Of a DNA stretch of 64,000 nt, positions 37,318 through 51,150 are shown piece after piece. The stretch covers positions 62,001 to 126,000 of the forward strand of contig NW_021835959.1 in NCBI RefSeq assembly GCF_006345805.1. Reading direction: 5' to 3'. The translations under genes and the position numbers were made by a program. Below the pieces are notes generated by a model that saw nothing but the letters and a program-made list of their open reading frames with translations, was not told the DNA's origin and did not search any database. Every line of letters starts with the position of its first letter. The stretch's first letter is position 1. Source of the stretch: Octopus sinensis (lineage: Eukaryota).

Positions 37318-38904
37318 ACAGTAGTAAATAGCTACTAGGAAAAAATACAGCTTTAGCACAAAGCCAGAATTTAAGGGAAATATACATACTTGACAAGTAC
37401 TTAATCTATTGACCGTGTAAGAATGAAAGGCTAAATATAACTCTGCGATTTCCAGTTTTACACACACACACAACATTTTAAGCAAGCAGAGGCATATTTT
37501 ATGCAGTGTTTTATTAATTCCACATTTTCTTATGTCATCCTGCTCAACATGTACCTCTTTTGAAATATTTAACCCTTTAGCATTTAAACTGGCCATATCC
37601 AGCCCCAATACCCTATCTGCTTTTTGTTTAAACTGGTCAGGTCCAGCTTATCACACCTACCCTACATTGTCATTCTAATACTAAGAAATCATATTGGAAT
37701 CTCAAAACTGAGATAATTCATGATTAATTCAAAGTAATGTGAACAAATAAGCATTACTTTTGATAGAGTAATCATCATCATTTAACGTCCGCTTTCCATG
37801 CTAGCATGGGTTGGACGATTTGACTGAGGTCTGGTGAACCAGACTCCAATGTGATCTGGCAGAGTTTCTACAGCTGGATGCCCTTCCTAACGCCAACCAC
37901 TCCGAGAGTGTAGTGGGTGCTTTTACGTGCCAGTAATCTGAAGTTAAAGAGTTAAATGTAAAACTTTTATTGAATTACTGAAGGCATGAACTTACATTGT
38001 TAGTCCTGTTTCTGCTGAATGACAACACGATGCCCCACTCATATTTTAATCCTGATAAAAATTAATTAATGTGTTTAAAATATGTATTATACTTGATCTA
38101 AATAGTTATTTCTACAGAAATCCACATGTCCAAACACTCAGCACTTCTTAGCGCCTCCTCGATACTTACTTCTCCTTTTGTGAGCTTACAACTACAAAGG
38201 GGCACCATTATCCAGACTAAGAACTATTTGACTAACCCAACAGGATTTGCAACTGGACGTTTGACCAATTACTGATATTTCTATTAGATATAACCTGTGG
38301 TAAGCTAATGTGCCATCTAGCAGAGAAAAAATACCTTTAAACCATTCAGCACTTTGAAAACAACAATAACAGTGGACAAACTTCATTACATGGACATAAA
38401 AATTATTGTTACTTGATTTTTTTTTTTTACATTAATAACTTCACTACTGCTATTGGAATTTGTATATTTGTTTGCTCAATGTCTGTTTTTTCATGTTAGC
38501 ATGGGCTGGACAAGGACATCTTAGAGCAAGGTTTTACACCCAGATGTTGTTTTTAAGTAAAGAATTTCTTATTCCAAATGCCTTTGAAAGTGCAGAGCGA
38601 CTGGTCATAATGTTAGCAAGGAATGTAAGCATATCACTGTTTTGTTCAAGCAAAGGCATGGGATACTAACATACATACATACATACACACACACTTGTAG
38701 AATGAGCTACCAACAGTTTCTGTCTACCACATTCACTTACAAGGGATTGGTTAGCCAAGGGCTGCAGTAGAAACCACTTGCCCAAGTACCTCAGTAGGGT
38801 TGAACTGGAAAGCACATGGTTGCAAAGCAAACCTCTAAACCACAGAGCAAAGTGTGCACCTTTGTTGCTACACAAATCTATACACATTTAAACAAGCCAT
38901 CACA

Positions 38905-39980
38905 TCATCATCGTTTAACGTCCGTTCTCCATGCTAGCATGGGTTGGACGGTTCAACCGGGGATCTGGGAAGCCAGAAGGCTGCACCAGGCTCCAGTCTG
39001 ATCTGGCAGTGTTTCTACAGCTGGATGCCCTTCCTAACGCCAACCATTCCGTAAGTGTAGTGGGTGCATTTTACGTGCCACCGGCACAGGTGCCAGGTGA
39101 GGCTGGCAACGGCCACGATCAGATTGGTGCTTTTTATGTGCCACCAGCACGGAAGCCAGTCAAGGCGGTAATGGCATCGGCCACATTCGGATGGTGCTTT
39201 TTACGTGCAACCAGCATGGAAGCCAGTCAAGGCAGTGCTGGCATCGGCCACATTCGGATGGTGCTTTTTACATGCAACCGATACAGGGATCACAACTGCA
39301 GTTTCCATTGATTTTTGATGTTGGTGTACTTGACTCAATGGATCTTCTCAGGCACAGGGTCGAAACAGTGTTTCTTTACTTGGCACCTGCACAGGAGTCA
39401 GTCCAGCGACACTGGCAACTGCCGGGTGCCAGTCATAGGATTGGTTCAATTTCGATTCTGATTTCACTTGCCCCAACAGGTCTTCACAAGCAGAGTTTAG
39501 TGTCCAATGAGGGAGGTTGGCATGGGTGCCAGTCGTCGGATGAGGTTCAATTTCGAATTCGACTTTGCTTGCCTCAACAGGTCTTTGTGTGTCCAAGGAA
39601 GGAAATGCATGCATAAGTGGGCTGGCTACATCCCTGGCAAGGGACACGGGATGGACTCACTTGTCCTGCCGGGTCTTCTCACACACAGCATATTTCCAAA
39701 GGTCTTGGTCACTAGTCATTGCCTCGGTGAGGCCTAATGTTCGAAGGTCGTGCTTCACCTCCTCGTCCCAGGTTTTCCTAGGTCTACCTCTTCCACGGGT
39801 TCCCTCAACCGCTAGGGATTGGCACTTTTTCACACACCTATCTTCATCCATTCTCGCCACATGACCATACCAGCGCAATCGTCTCTCTTGCACACCACAG
39901 CTGATGCTTCTTAGGTCCAGCTTTGTTCTCAAGGTACTTACACTCTGTCGAGTATGTACACTGACATTGCATATCCATCT
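38905..39980 (-). mobile_element. RTE LINE 3' end with 3' UTR and (ATG)n tail
   Basis: VQERRLRWYGHVARMDEDRCVKKC...GRGRPRKTWDE. The tail matches the short catcatc-tttaacgtccgctttccatgctagcat repeats at about 940, 1945, 30400 and 37772. Confidence 0.88.
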
Positions 39981-40406
39981 CAACCACATGGCTCTTGGTT
40001 CAATCCCACTGCATGGTACCTTAGGCAAGTGTCTGCTACTATTGCCTTGGCCCGACAAAAGCCTTGTGAGTGGATTTGGTAGTCAGAAACTAAAAGAAGC
40101 CTGCCATATACATATACACACATAAGTGTGTGTGTTGTAGTGTCTGTCCCCCATCAGTGCTTGACAACCAGTGTTGGTGTGTTTACAACCCTACGATTTA
40201 GTAGTTCAGTAAAAGAGACTGAAAGAATAAGTACCAGCAGGCTTTAAAAAAAAAGTACTGGAGTCAATTCATTCGACTGAAAATTCTTCAAGGTATTGCT
40301 CCAGCATGGCTACAGTCAAATGTCTGAAACAAGCATAAAAAAAACAAAAAAAAAACTCAAGAATGTATAATGTACATAGAAGTGAAAACAAGAGATATCA
40401 ACAGAC

Positions 40407-40518
40407 CTTTACGATAGTGGGATTGGTTACACAGAAACAATCATCAAGGTATAATTGCTCAAGATCATGTTGATTTTCTGCTATCAGTTGAATGGTTGAA
40501 TCAGGAAGAGAACAGCAT
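40407..40518 (-). CDS. FBXL17: FBXL17-like exon 3 (LRR)
   Basis: ctgttctctag|A TGC TGT TCT... translates (G)CCSLPDSTIQLIAENQHDLEQLYLDDCFCVTNPTIVK|gt. 112 bp, phase 2 to 0. Absent from the ORF track. Confidence 0.88.
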
Positions 40519-41024
40519 CTAGAGAACAGGGCATCAATAACGACAAATCAAAAATCCACCTTGTCACCAAAAATCCACCAATCACAAACATTCCAATCAA
40601 ATTATTATGAATAAAAGCTGATAATTACTGATTATCCAGTTGTAATTATCAACATAAACATATCATTTAATGGCAATCACATGAATATACTGATTACTAT
40701 ATTTTCCCCTATTATTTAAATAACTCAAAGTGCTGACATGGTTGTGTGGTTAAGAAGATCTGTGGTTAATCCCATTGTACAGCACCTTAACCCTTTAGCA
40801 TTTAATCTGATCATATCCAGCCTAAATATTCTCTCCGATTTATGTTGAAACCAACCAGATCCAACCTCTCGTGCCTACCCTAAAATGTTGTTCTTAAAAT
40901 AAGCAATTACATCTTTGAAATCTCAAAGCTACAAGATAAAGCAGGAGTAATTCAGAACAATGTGAATAAGTAAGCATTATATTTGACAGAGTAATCTGAA
41001 TAGTAGAGGATTGAACGAATGTCT

Positions 41025-41200
41025 TCTGTAGCTTTATACTCGCAATACCAGAGGGCGCACACTCTCCTACCCTGATGTAATCTCCAGGGATACAGGCATC
41101 CAGCAACAGGACCTCCGTAATGCCATGATGGACCGTGAAGTCTGGCGTAGCATGGTAAATTCCATTGTCTCGACCACGGTCGAACAACGATGATGATGAT
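41025..41200 (+). mobile_element. LINE (RTE-like) 3'-terminal fragment with (GAT)n tail
   Basis: RGRTLSYPDVISRDTGIQQQDLRNAMMDREVWRSMV followed by gatgatgatgat. Confidence 0.6.
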
Positions 41201-43885
41201 AGCTTTGGACAAACAGTGCAGAGGTATCTAGAACTGTACCTATATTTTGGTGACAGACTTAATCCATTGCTCAGTTTAACATTACAGTTTGATTCTTGAT
41301 TTGCATTTAGTAGAGTCCACTCAGTCTGAGGATGACTCTTGAGTCATGGTTTCTAATCTCAGATGCCTTGCAAAAAGGCCATAGGTACTGCCCTTCTTCC
41401 TCTGACCAAGACATAAAAATAATAAAACATCAAAAACATTCGAACCATTCAACCCTACGACTGTCTATATGTAAATTCATTTAATGTCAGATAATTCCAT
41501 CTTGACATTACAACCCACCAAAAATAATTGTGAGTGTGGGGACCACTAGCAGTGGAGAGCACAAGTGGACCTGGTTGGCTCTACGCATGGTGACGTCTCT
41601 GCGACCACTAACCAGGGATGACTCCCAGCCTAATCAAGCAAGTGCACGAAGTACTAAGTGAAGCGATTGTCCTTCTCTTAACTGCTCTTCAGCCAAGTAA
41701 ATGGGAGAGGAGAAATCAAGTACTTTATGCAAGACAAAGTAATGCTGGAATATGAGCTAACAGCTCTCCTACAAAGATAACAATGGCTTATCCAATCAGC
41801 CACTAGTGTATGCAATCTCAATCTCACTTGATTCACTCACTTTTGAACCCCTATGAAACTGCATTCTTAACATATCTTTACTTTTTGGGGGCATGGAAAA
41901 GCAATGGGTACTGCTTCATCTTCCTCAGACTATCAAATAAAAACAAAAAGTTATTTTTGATAGACACTTTTCTATAATTACAACACCCTAAAACACTGAA
42001 ACCCCAAAACCAAAAGATTACTAATATAAAGTTTACAATATCTGTTATTATAATAATTTCTTTCAAATTTTGCAACAAGGCCAACAATTTTGAGAGGTGG
42101 ACATCAATTTATGAAAACATGTGGCCTAGTGGTTCAGGGTGTTACTCATGATTGCAAGACAGTGGTTTTGATTCCCAGACTGGGCAGTACATTGTATTCT
42201 TGAGTAAATCACTTCATTTCACATTACTCCTGTCCACTCAACTTTAAATGAGTAGCCCTGCAATGGACTGGCATCCCTTTCATGGGGAGTGTTGTTATCT
42301 TGGTCACTTATATACCATGGAAATGAGTTAACAGGCTCTATGACTCCTAGGGCTTGATAATGATGAAGTGAATTACATCAGCCCAAGTGCTCAATAGCTG
42401 CTTGTTTTATCTATCTCAAAAGGATAAAAGGCAAAGTTGACATGTAACATGACTTTGGTTTTATCTATTATTACAGTGAAGCGATTGTCCTTCTCTTAAC
42501 TGCTCTTCAGCCAAGTAAATGGGAGAGGAGAAATCAAGTACTTTATGCAAGACAAAGTAATGCTGGAATATGAGCTAATAGCTCTCCTACAAAGAGAACA
42601 ATATTTCAAAATTTTAAACAAAATATTTTAAAACATCGTTAACATCAACTCAATGATTACCTCAAAACAATGTTTAAAAACAAACAAAATTAAAGATGAG
42701 CTGAGTAAAGATGTGGAGCTCACAAATAAACATTACAACATGCAAAACAACTCGGAAGACTATGTGGTCTTTGACTAACTAGAAAGGGCAACAAAGTCTC
42801 TCTCAAGTCATATTCCACAACATTATTAGATCATGCGATCCTAGGTAAATGTTACATGGGAAAATGAGGGAATGTCACAGCTGGATTGCCTTTGATCATA
42901 GATCTGCTTAATCAGGACTCAACTTGTTTTAAATAATAATACCATCATCATCATCATTTTAACATCCATTTTCAAAGGCTTGTATGAGTCAGAGTTTATT
43001 GATGCAAATTTTCTAAAGCCAGATGCCCTTCTTGTCACCAACCCTTACTTGTTACTGTTATAATGAAAATGGTATTTCCTCCTTTTCACATGACGAAGTG
43101 GTATGAAGAGCCACAGTCGTTGTAGGAGTTCTCAGAGTCAATGTCAGTTACATGATACATAGGAGTTTGAGTTACCATCAAGGAAGATGTTTCAAAGTCA
43201 TTGTCTTGTGGAGCTATCAGCGATAGCACGACGAGTCAAAGATAATAAGACGCAGAATACCTATTTCTTTACTACCCACAAGGGGCTAAACACAGAGGGG
43301 ACAAACAAGGACAGACAAACGGATTAAATCGATTACATCGACCCCAGTGCGTAACTGGTACTTAATTTATCGACCCTGAAAGGATGAAAGGCAAAGTCGA
43401 CCTCGGCGGAATTTGAACTCAGAACGCAGCGGCGGACGAAATACCACAAAGCATTTCGCCCGGTGTGCTAACGTTTCTGCCAGCTCATTGCCTAAGACAC
43501 AGAATACCGCCACAACATAATAGTGGCAACAGAAATATTACAGTGCTGATAACAACATACAAGTGGATGAGGATCCATATTATAACAGTTACCAAGTGAG
43601 GTAATGTTTTCCTATGGCCAGATATGTTTCTACATAATATTGGAAATGAATAATATTCATTTACAACAATCATGCAATGTCGAGACAAAAACACATACAC
43701 ATATATACTCTTTTACTTGTTTCAGTCATTTGACTGCGTCCATGCTGGAGCACTGCTTTTAGTCAAGCAAATCGATCCCAGGACTTATTCTGTCGGTCTC
43801 TTTTGCTGAACTGCTAAGTTACGGGGACATAAACACACCACCATCGGTTGTCAAGCGATGTTGTGGGAGACAAACACAAACGCAG

Positions 43886-43936
<51 letters not shown>

Positions 43937-44465
43937 CATACATGACGGGCTTCTTTCAGTTTCCGTCTACCGAATCCACTCACAAGTGGGAATGAACCTG
44001 GAACCATGTGGTTGGTAAGCTAGCTACTTACCATCCACCAAACCCACTCATGAGGCTTTGGTCAGCTTGGGCTCCAGTAGTCTCACACAGTCGGACTGAA
44101 CTCAGACATGTGTAGTTCAGAAGCAAGCTTCTTAACCGCCATAGCCACACTGGGTTATAGCTAAATAAATTTGTCAAGAGTTCAAAATGATTTTTTAAGA
44201 GTTGCTACCCTCCTAAACCCAGTCAGGGACTATGTTCGTCACAGAGGTTATTTTTCAATTATTTTTTTTAACAGCTAAAATATGAGCAAAACATGATTCT
44301 CTGATCTATCTAAAAAAGCAGTGACTGTAGATCAGAACTCACTTGGATTATTTGCAACCAGTCCTGCTTCTACCAGCCTGGAAAGTGGATGTAAAATGAT
44401 GATAATGATGGTGATGATTTGTGGTTTTATGATGGGAGGCAAAAGTAAAGGAAACAGTTTCATAC

Positions 44466-45289
44466 CCTTTCAGAGATAAAAATGATAACCATCGACATTT
44501 TTAAGAACACTTGAGATCCCTTCAGGGGAAAATCCCATTGTATTTGAGATATCTAAATGAACCACATGATTGCTGTAGGAGGTGATTTTGTCAAGAATTT
44601 CATCTGACAGAGTCTTGTGACCAAAGTCCTGAAAATTGATATGTCTCCACAATGATGGATCTTTAGCTAGTTCATACCATTTTTTACAAACTAATTCAAC
44701 CGAATGTATTCGTTCAGGAATAGTGAGGTACTTAAAGATTTCTAGAAGGATACTGCTTGGTAAATTAAGAATGTGTAACGAATCCTCTGGAGATGGTACT
44801 CCATTTGTATGTTCTGAATGAACTTCAGAGTCCTGCTTTTGTTCTGATGTGTCTTGAGTAAGACTAATGACTTTACTTGCTACAATTACTTCTGGTTCCT
44901 GTTGAGAAAACACTGTCCTACTAGGAGAGATTTTGTAGTTTGTTGACTCAGCCGAACAATGGTATTTAGAAGAATGACATTTTGACAAAACTAAGTTACT
45001 GCAATCAGTAGAAGTTGTTTCCTGAGTCTGTGGGAGAGAAGTTAAGTGTTTGTCATGTTCATTGCTAACATTACTTTCATCTTTAGAGTTCTGTAAAGAA
45101 ATTGAGACTGTATTTACACCCTTTACATTCATTGAACAAGAGTCTGAAATAGTTCTAACTGACAACTCGCCAGTCTCTACTCCTACATTGATCATCTTGT
45201 TGTTGTTTCCTCGACGTACTTTGCAAAGTTGTTCGTTATCACGAGTAGGTGACGCTGGGCATCTTTTCAGTGTTCCTGTGTGAAGTTTC
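44466..45289 (-). CDS. FBXL17: FBXL17-like exon 2: low-complexity N-terminus, F-box domain and first LRR; contains an apparent 1-nt frameshift
   Basis: Acceptor ttttttcacatgtag|G and donor AAAGG|gtatg. F-box motif ILNLPSSILLEIFKYLTIPERIHSVELVCKKWYELAKDPSLWRHINF. Adding one A to the run at 44498-44502 gives VLKKCRWLSFLSLKG and restores phase with exon 3. Confidence 0.9.
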
Positions 45290-46084
45290 CTACATGTGAA
45301 AAAAAAACAAAAAAAAAACAGTTCATTTCATAATTTGAAATATACGTTATAAAATAGACTGTACTAGTATAAATGAATAAAAAAAAAACTGAGATAAAAG
45401 TGTCTCTGATTAAAAATAAATAATAATTATAATAGTAACTTAAAATAAAACTCAAGATGCTTCTACCTTAATTCTGTATTTTGAATGCAAGCAACCAAAG
45501 TCAGATACATTTTTTCATTCAAAATCCTAATCTAAAACCTTTTTGTAGCTAATGCTATTGAAAACAATGTAAAACAAGATATGCGATGAAGTAATTTCCT
45601 TCATGGATTCAGCCGAACTCACTGTGGCTCCATGGGCTCGTGTCTTTTAATTGTACTGAAGAGTAATTATTGGACCTAACAAAAGGGAACTTTCTCCTTC
45701 AAAAATGTACTATCAGAATACAGAAGATAAACATGTGTGCTTACGAATTTCATCATCATCATCATCATCATTCAGTTTTTGCTTTCCATGCTGGCATGGT
45801 TTAGATGGTTTGATTGAAACTGGTAAGCTGGAGAGCTGCACCAGGTTCCAGTCTGATTTGGCATGGTCTCTAATGGCTGGATGCCTTACCTAACACCAAC
45901 CACTTTACAGAGGGTAATAGGTGCTTTTTACGTACCATCGGCATGGGTGCCTGTTATGTGACACCAGCTTCAGCCATGACTACAATTTCATTTGGCTTGA
46001 TAGGTCTTTGGAAATCAATATGTATATACATTTATGTATTTGTTTTGCAAGATTCCTGTTGTGAAATCGTGTGTTGAAACAGAT

Positions 46085-46340
46085 ATTGTTATATTTGGGG
46101 ATGGTCATTTAAAAAATTTTTTTTTTAAAGTTTGTTTTTTGGCTAATTAACCACACGCACTATATAATTGTTCTTCACTGCAACCTTAATTATTATTCTT
46201 ATTTCAGTGACCATTGCCTGAAATCTTTCAGACAACAAACACTAAAAGAATAATAATAAAGCTGCAGTAAAGAATAAGTATACAGTGTGTGTGGTTAATT
46301 AGCCGAAAAGAAAAAAGTTACCACTCCCAAATATAACAAT
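46085..46340. repeat. Diverged palindrome / foldback MITE
   Basis: attgttatatttggg...ggctaattaaccacacgcact versus agtgtgtgtggttaattagcc...cccaaatataacaat, with the centre near 46224. Confidence 0.7.
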
Positions 46341-49300
46341 AAAAATATGTATACATCTATGCAAAAACAAACACAAAAGTGTATTGTGTCTGTGTTGTTT
46401 GTTTTTGTTTTTTTATTCCTAGATGTTTACATTAAATATCTTAAAATTGTCACTCCTGAGAACAAAGCTTCTAAAATGGATAGAGAAAATTCAAAGTGTT
46501 GCTCTGGAACAATGGTTATGACATTTGTCAAGTTCACAGATGTGGGTTCAAGTCCCATGGTCAACCATCATATTTTACCCATCCATGATTTTTTTTTTTT
46601 AACTCAATATTCTAGGAGCTACTATACATAGCTTTATCTACTTCAAACTCTACCATAAAAGAAAAAAGAAGTTCACTTCTTTTGCACAGATCCTGCATTC
46701 TTGCTCTTTAAATTGGATGAAAAATAGCAGTGATATACTACCTATACATAGTCGCCTAGCCCAGCTCACCATCAAAGTGACACCAGCAGAAGTCTGACAA
46801 AATGGAAGTAGACTCCTATATTCAAAAGTTGCTAAAGTTAGCTTACTGTTGCTCTTGTGTTGATTTCTAAGTGCCAAATCAAGAATCTGAAGAAAATGGT
46901 AAAAAGTCCATGCCGACAACATTGGTAAAAGTAAATCCAGGAGAATTTCTTGATTGTTAATAAGTTTGGTTAATGCAAGTAATGTGAAGAGCTGAAGGTT
47001 CAGATTAAAGCTTTTCAATGATGGCTGGCCTCCACGGCTGAAATGGAATGGCATGCCATCCTCAAAGGCAATGCCTACTCCATTTTATCTGCCAGGGCCA
47101 TGCAGCAGACTGACAAGTCTTTTTAGCTACAGCTGTTGTATCTATTAAAAAGCTGAGTGGTAAGTAGCTTGCTTACCAACCACATAGTTCCAGGTTCAGT
47201 CCCACTGCATAGCACCTTGGGCAAGTGTCTTCTACTATAGCCTCGGGCCAACCAAAGCCTTGCGAGTGGATTTGGTAGATGGAAACTGAAAAGAAGTCCG
47301 TTGTATATATGTATATATAAGTGTGTGTGTCTGTGTTTGTCCCCCTAACATCGCTTGACAACCGATGCTGGTGCGTTTACATCCCTATAACTTAATGGTT
47401 CGGTAAAAGAGACTGATAGAATAAGTACTAGGCTTCCAAAGACTAAGTCCTGGGCTCGATTTGCTTAACTAAAGGCGGTGCTCCAGCATGGCTGCAGTCA
47501 AATGACTGAAACAAGTTAAAGAGTAATTCTTATTTGATTTAGTTGCCTGAACACAAACTGTCACCTATTTCCTTTCAGTTGTCCATTTCTCTCTCCATCC
47601 ACATACATCTCACACCCTCTCAACTAAACTGAATGACCCTCAACAAACTCTCATAGATCAATAATCGTAAACTAGTTGATTATATTAAAAAAAAAAAAAT
47701 TGGCGCTCCGTTGGTTGTGGCAAGGGTTCCAGTTGACCTGATCAACAGAACTGCCTGCTCATGAAATTAACATGCAAGTGACTGAGCACTCCACAGATGT
47801 TCTCTTTCTCTTTTTCTCTTATGCTTGTTTCAGTCATTTGACTGTTGCCATGCTGGAGCACCACCTTTAGTCGAGCAAATCGACCCCAGGACTTATTCTT
47901 TGGAAGCCTAGTACTTATTCTATTGGACTCTTTTGCCGAACTGCTAAGTTACGGGGACATAAACACACCACCATCGGTTGTCAAGAAATGTCGGGGGGGG
48001 ACAAACACAGACACACAAACATATAGACACACATACATATATATATATACATATATACAACAGGCTTCTTTCAGTTTCCGTCTACCAAATCCACTCACAA
48101 GGCTTTGGTCGGCCCGAGGCTATAGTAGAAGACACTTGCCCAAGGTGCAACGCAGTGGGACTGAACCCGGAACCATGTGGTTGGTAAGCAAGCTACTTAC
48201 AACACAGTCACTCCTGTGCCTCCTTATCATAGTTCTCAAGGAGATTCAGCGTAACACAGAATGTGACTAAGCTGGCCTTCTGAATTACATGTACAACTCA
48301 CTTTTGTCAGCTGAGTGGACTGGAGAAACGTAAAATAAAGTGTCTTGCTCAAGAACACAACATGCCTTTGGGAATCGAACTCACAACCATACGATCGCGA
48401 GCCAAAATATCCAAACCACTAAGCCATGCAACCTTCATTCAGTTCATTGTATATAATACAAAGTACCGAGAAAACAGATGTTAACAAGTATCGATTGTGA
48501 ATCTGATGATTTTCAAAATTTTCACACGGTTACATAGTTTTTTTGTGCTAATTACGAAAATCGTAACCAATTTTTTAACATGAAAAACTACAAGTGTAAA
48601 ACATCGAATTAACCGAAAAGATTTATGGTCGCTGATAATAAAAAAAATGTAATATTTCTTTAAATAAAGAAGAAAAAAACCTGGTTGAAGACAAATTTTC
48701 GTAAAATATTCAAAGTTATCATATCTCTGGAGAATTTTGTTGTAATAATAAATTTCAACCCAAAGGATCCATGTTCTTTTCAACCTTTATTAGTGAAAGA
48801 CATTTTTCTCTTAATCTAACGGAATAAACGAAAAGCAAAAGCATTGAACTCGGCTAAAAATTAACATTAATAAAACTGAATTATTCTTAAAAGCAAAAAC
48901 ATTACATTATCTTGACAGACAAAATACGGTCCAACAAACGATGAAGATTAGAGAAGGCATTGGAACCAGCAACATAGGCTGTGTGGACAATCGAACAGCT
49001 AAAAATTGCAATAAAATTTCCCTCAAATCACAGACTAACATCTTAGATAAACCAGTCATCTTAGAAAAGTAGGCGTAAACTCAGGGTCGCCAAGGACGGT
49101 GAGCATAGGAAAATGGTGGGGTGGTTACATCTGGAATAGCTCAGATTAGTGGTGTGCCTCCTCAGTCGGTACAGACAAGGTACTAAACAATAAGAATTAG
49201 AGATGACAATGCGAGTTCAATCTTAGTTTATCTTTGACTCCTGTTGACCAACTGCTTGATACGGAAATGAAAAAAAAATTGTCAAAAACAAGACACTTAG

Positions 49301-49899
49301 AAATAGCTTCGAGTTCAATTTGGTCCGCAAGTAATATCATCATCTATAAATTTGGTGTTACATAGCAAACATCAATGCAAAAGTCTTATAACGGGAAATA
49401 AGTGAGATTATGTAACATTCATGCCTCTTTCAAGGGCATTTAGCAGGATGACAACAATTGGATATCGAACTAAGTTCTTCAAAATCTGCTTTCTTTCTAT
49501 ACCTAAGTATAAATACACAGAAAAAAAAGTGAAGAAATTCATAAGTATATATTTAAATCCGTTCCTAAAACAATGCAAAGGAAAACACTTCAAATTGTGT
49601 TTTTTAATAAGACTTTTTTTGTTTTTGTTTAAAGCAGGAACAATTATTTATAAGAGTTATTTTCCCCGAGTCCTTTGTTTATGAGGATGTAAACAAATAT
49701 AGAATTGGTAATTTTGAATGAGAAAACATAAGTTGTAAACATTAACCAAACATATTCCTTTATTTTTTTCGCTTAGAATAATTTTTGTGTATCGATTCCC
49801 AAAGCGATAACAAAATAATATAATTTATACAACCATAATAAGCCGAATAAAATACTGCTCACAAAAATCTAATGAGTGGATCCTAAGCATTGGTGAAGT

Positions 49900-50160
49900 T
49901 ATTATACAAGTTGTAACTCGAAGAAGTAAACTGGAACAGTTTACAATGAACAGAGAAAGAAATATTTTGACAACCGGCGATTCACACTTAACTTACCCGC
50001 TGTCGTCCGCCATCATATTTGTATACACTGCCATCTGGTTTTATTAAAATAAATTAACTGAATTATCTCCCTTCTATTTAATAGCCGACCGCCTATTCAT
50101 TATCTCTTTCCCAAATCTTACCATTAGTTTGTCTTCGTCAGGCTCAGTCCGTTTTAAGGA
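49900..50160 (-). promoter_or_regulatory. Probable promoter/TSS region of the FBXL17-like gene
   Basis: CpG is retained here in contrast to the CpG-depleted gene body. A YY1-like ATGGCGG overlaps the start codon. The TSS is not determinable. Confidence 0.5.
49997..50016 (-). CDS. FBXL17: F-box/LRR-repeat protein 17-like, coding exon 1 (MMADDS-G)
   Basis: Minus strand reads ATG ATG GCG GAC GAC AGC GG|gtaagt (consensus donor, phase 2), matching the phase-2 acceptor at 45289. In-frame alternative ATGs lie at 50034 and 50013. The region retains CpG. Confidence 0.75.
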
Positions 50161-50199
50161 TGTGATGGAAATTTCTTCTTTTCCTTTCGTTGTTTTTAT

Positions 50200-51150
50200 T
50201 TCCTTACCACGCCCTTATTATGCTGGCACATGGTATACTGTAATTGGGTAAGCCTATTCGAATGTGGCAAGCTTTATTGTAGTGACCACAAATAAAAACC
50301 GAGTCGTTTTGCTAGCTTCTACATTTACTGTTTAAATGTCCGATGCTGATTTCGATCGGTCTTTGCTTTTATCTTCACCTTTGCCTTCGTCGCATGCCTC
50401 AAGGGTAGATGATTGGACACTATGCTCTTTTGATGATTTTATTTCAATGCATATTGAACAAAAGTTCTTTTGCACACATTCTTATTCTTAGGTATGGACA
50501 GTGCGTTGGACGCAATTCGTATTGAAGTTAGTCATATAGATCCTTTAGGAAATGGCCCTCGTCCATTCAACACCTTGACCGACCAAACCTTCGCAGGAAA
50601 CGGTTCACTGAGTATTACAGATATATTCTTAGATTCTGTTTCGCCTAGGATCTGAGAGTTGGTGACGTTGTCTTCCTATGAGAGAACATTTGAGATTTTG
50701 CGAAGACATGTCATGTGAATAAGCATTTCACTTCTTCTCTTGTCTGAGATACGTTGCCTCTGTTTCGGTACGATGTAAGAAAGTGTTGAGGACGCTAGCT
50801 TAATACATTTTCACTTTGGTGTTCATTGTCAGGTTTTTGTTCTAAATTGTGTTGGTGGGTCTAATCGTCATAATAGCTTCGTTCAGACACGTTCAATGTT
50901 TATCACGTTGAGTGTGGAGCCCTTAATAAAAACTGAAGGATGATACGGTTAAAGAAAACTCTCTGAGTATGTTGGAGTGTAAAACTAACACTTCCTTTTT
51001 CCGAGGTGAGATTTGAAACCGAATCTAAGGATTCTCGCTCGTCTGATGTAACACAGACCAAACAGACGCGATAGAAATTTCTTTGTCCTGTCAAAAGATA
51101 ATGGATGGTTTCCCTTCGACCTCAGTCGTGTCATTTAAGGTTCAAGTGGA
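50200..51150 (-). mobile_element. Old RTE/BovB-like LINE 3' portion directly upstream of the FBXL17-like start codon
   Basis: Decayed motifs NKNLTMNTKVKMY*ASVLNTFL..TE, TCLRKI, DNVTNSQIL, CKR and a terminal Zn-finger-like KACHIRIGL. Confidence 0.6.

Noticed and set aside
37996-38320. Extra FBXL17-like exons suggested by gtaag donors near 37995 and 38169
   Set aside because: Exons 3 and 4 already join in phase with a continuous LRR pattern, and these segments give no LRR-like peptide.
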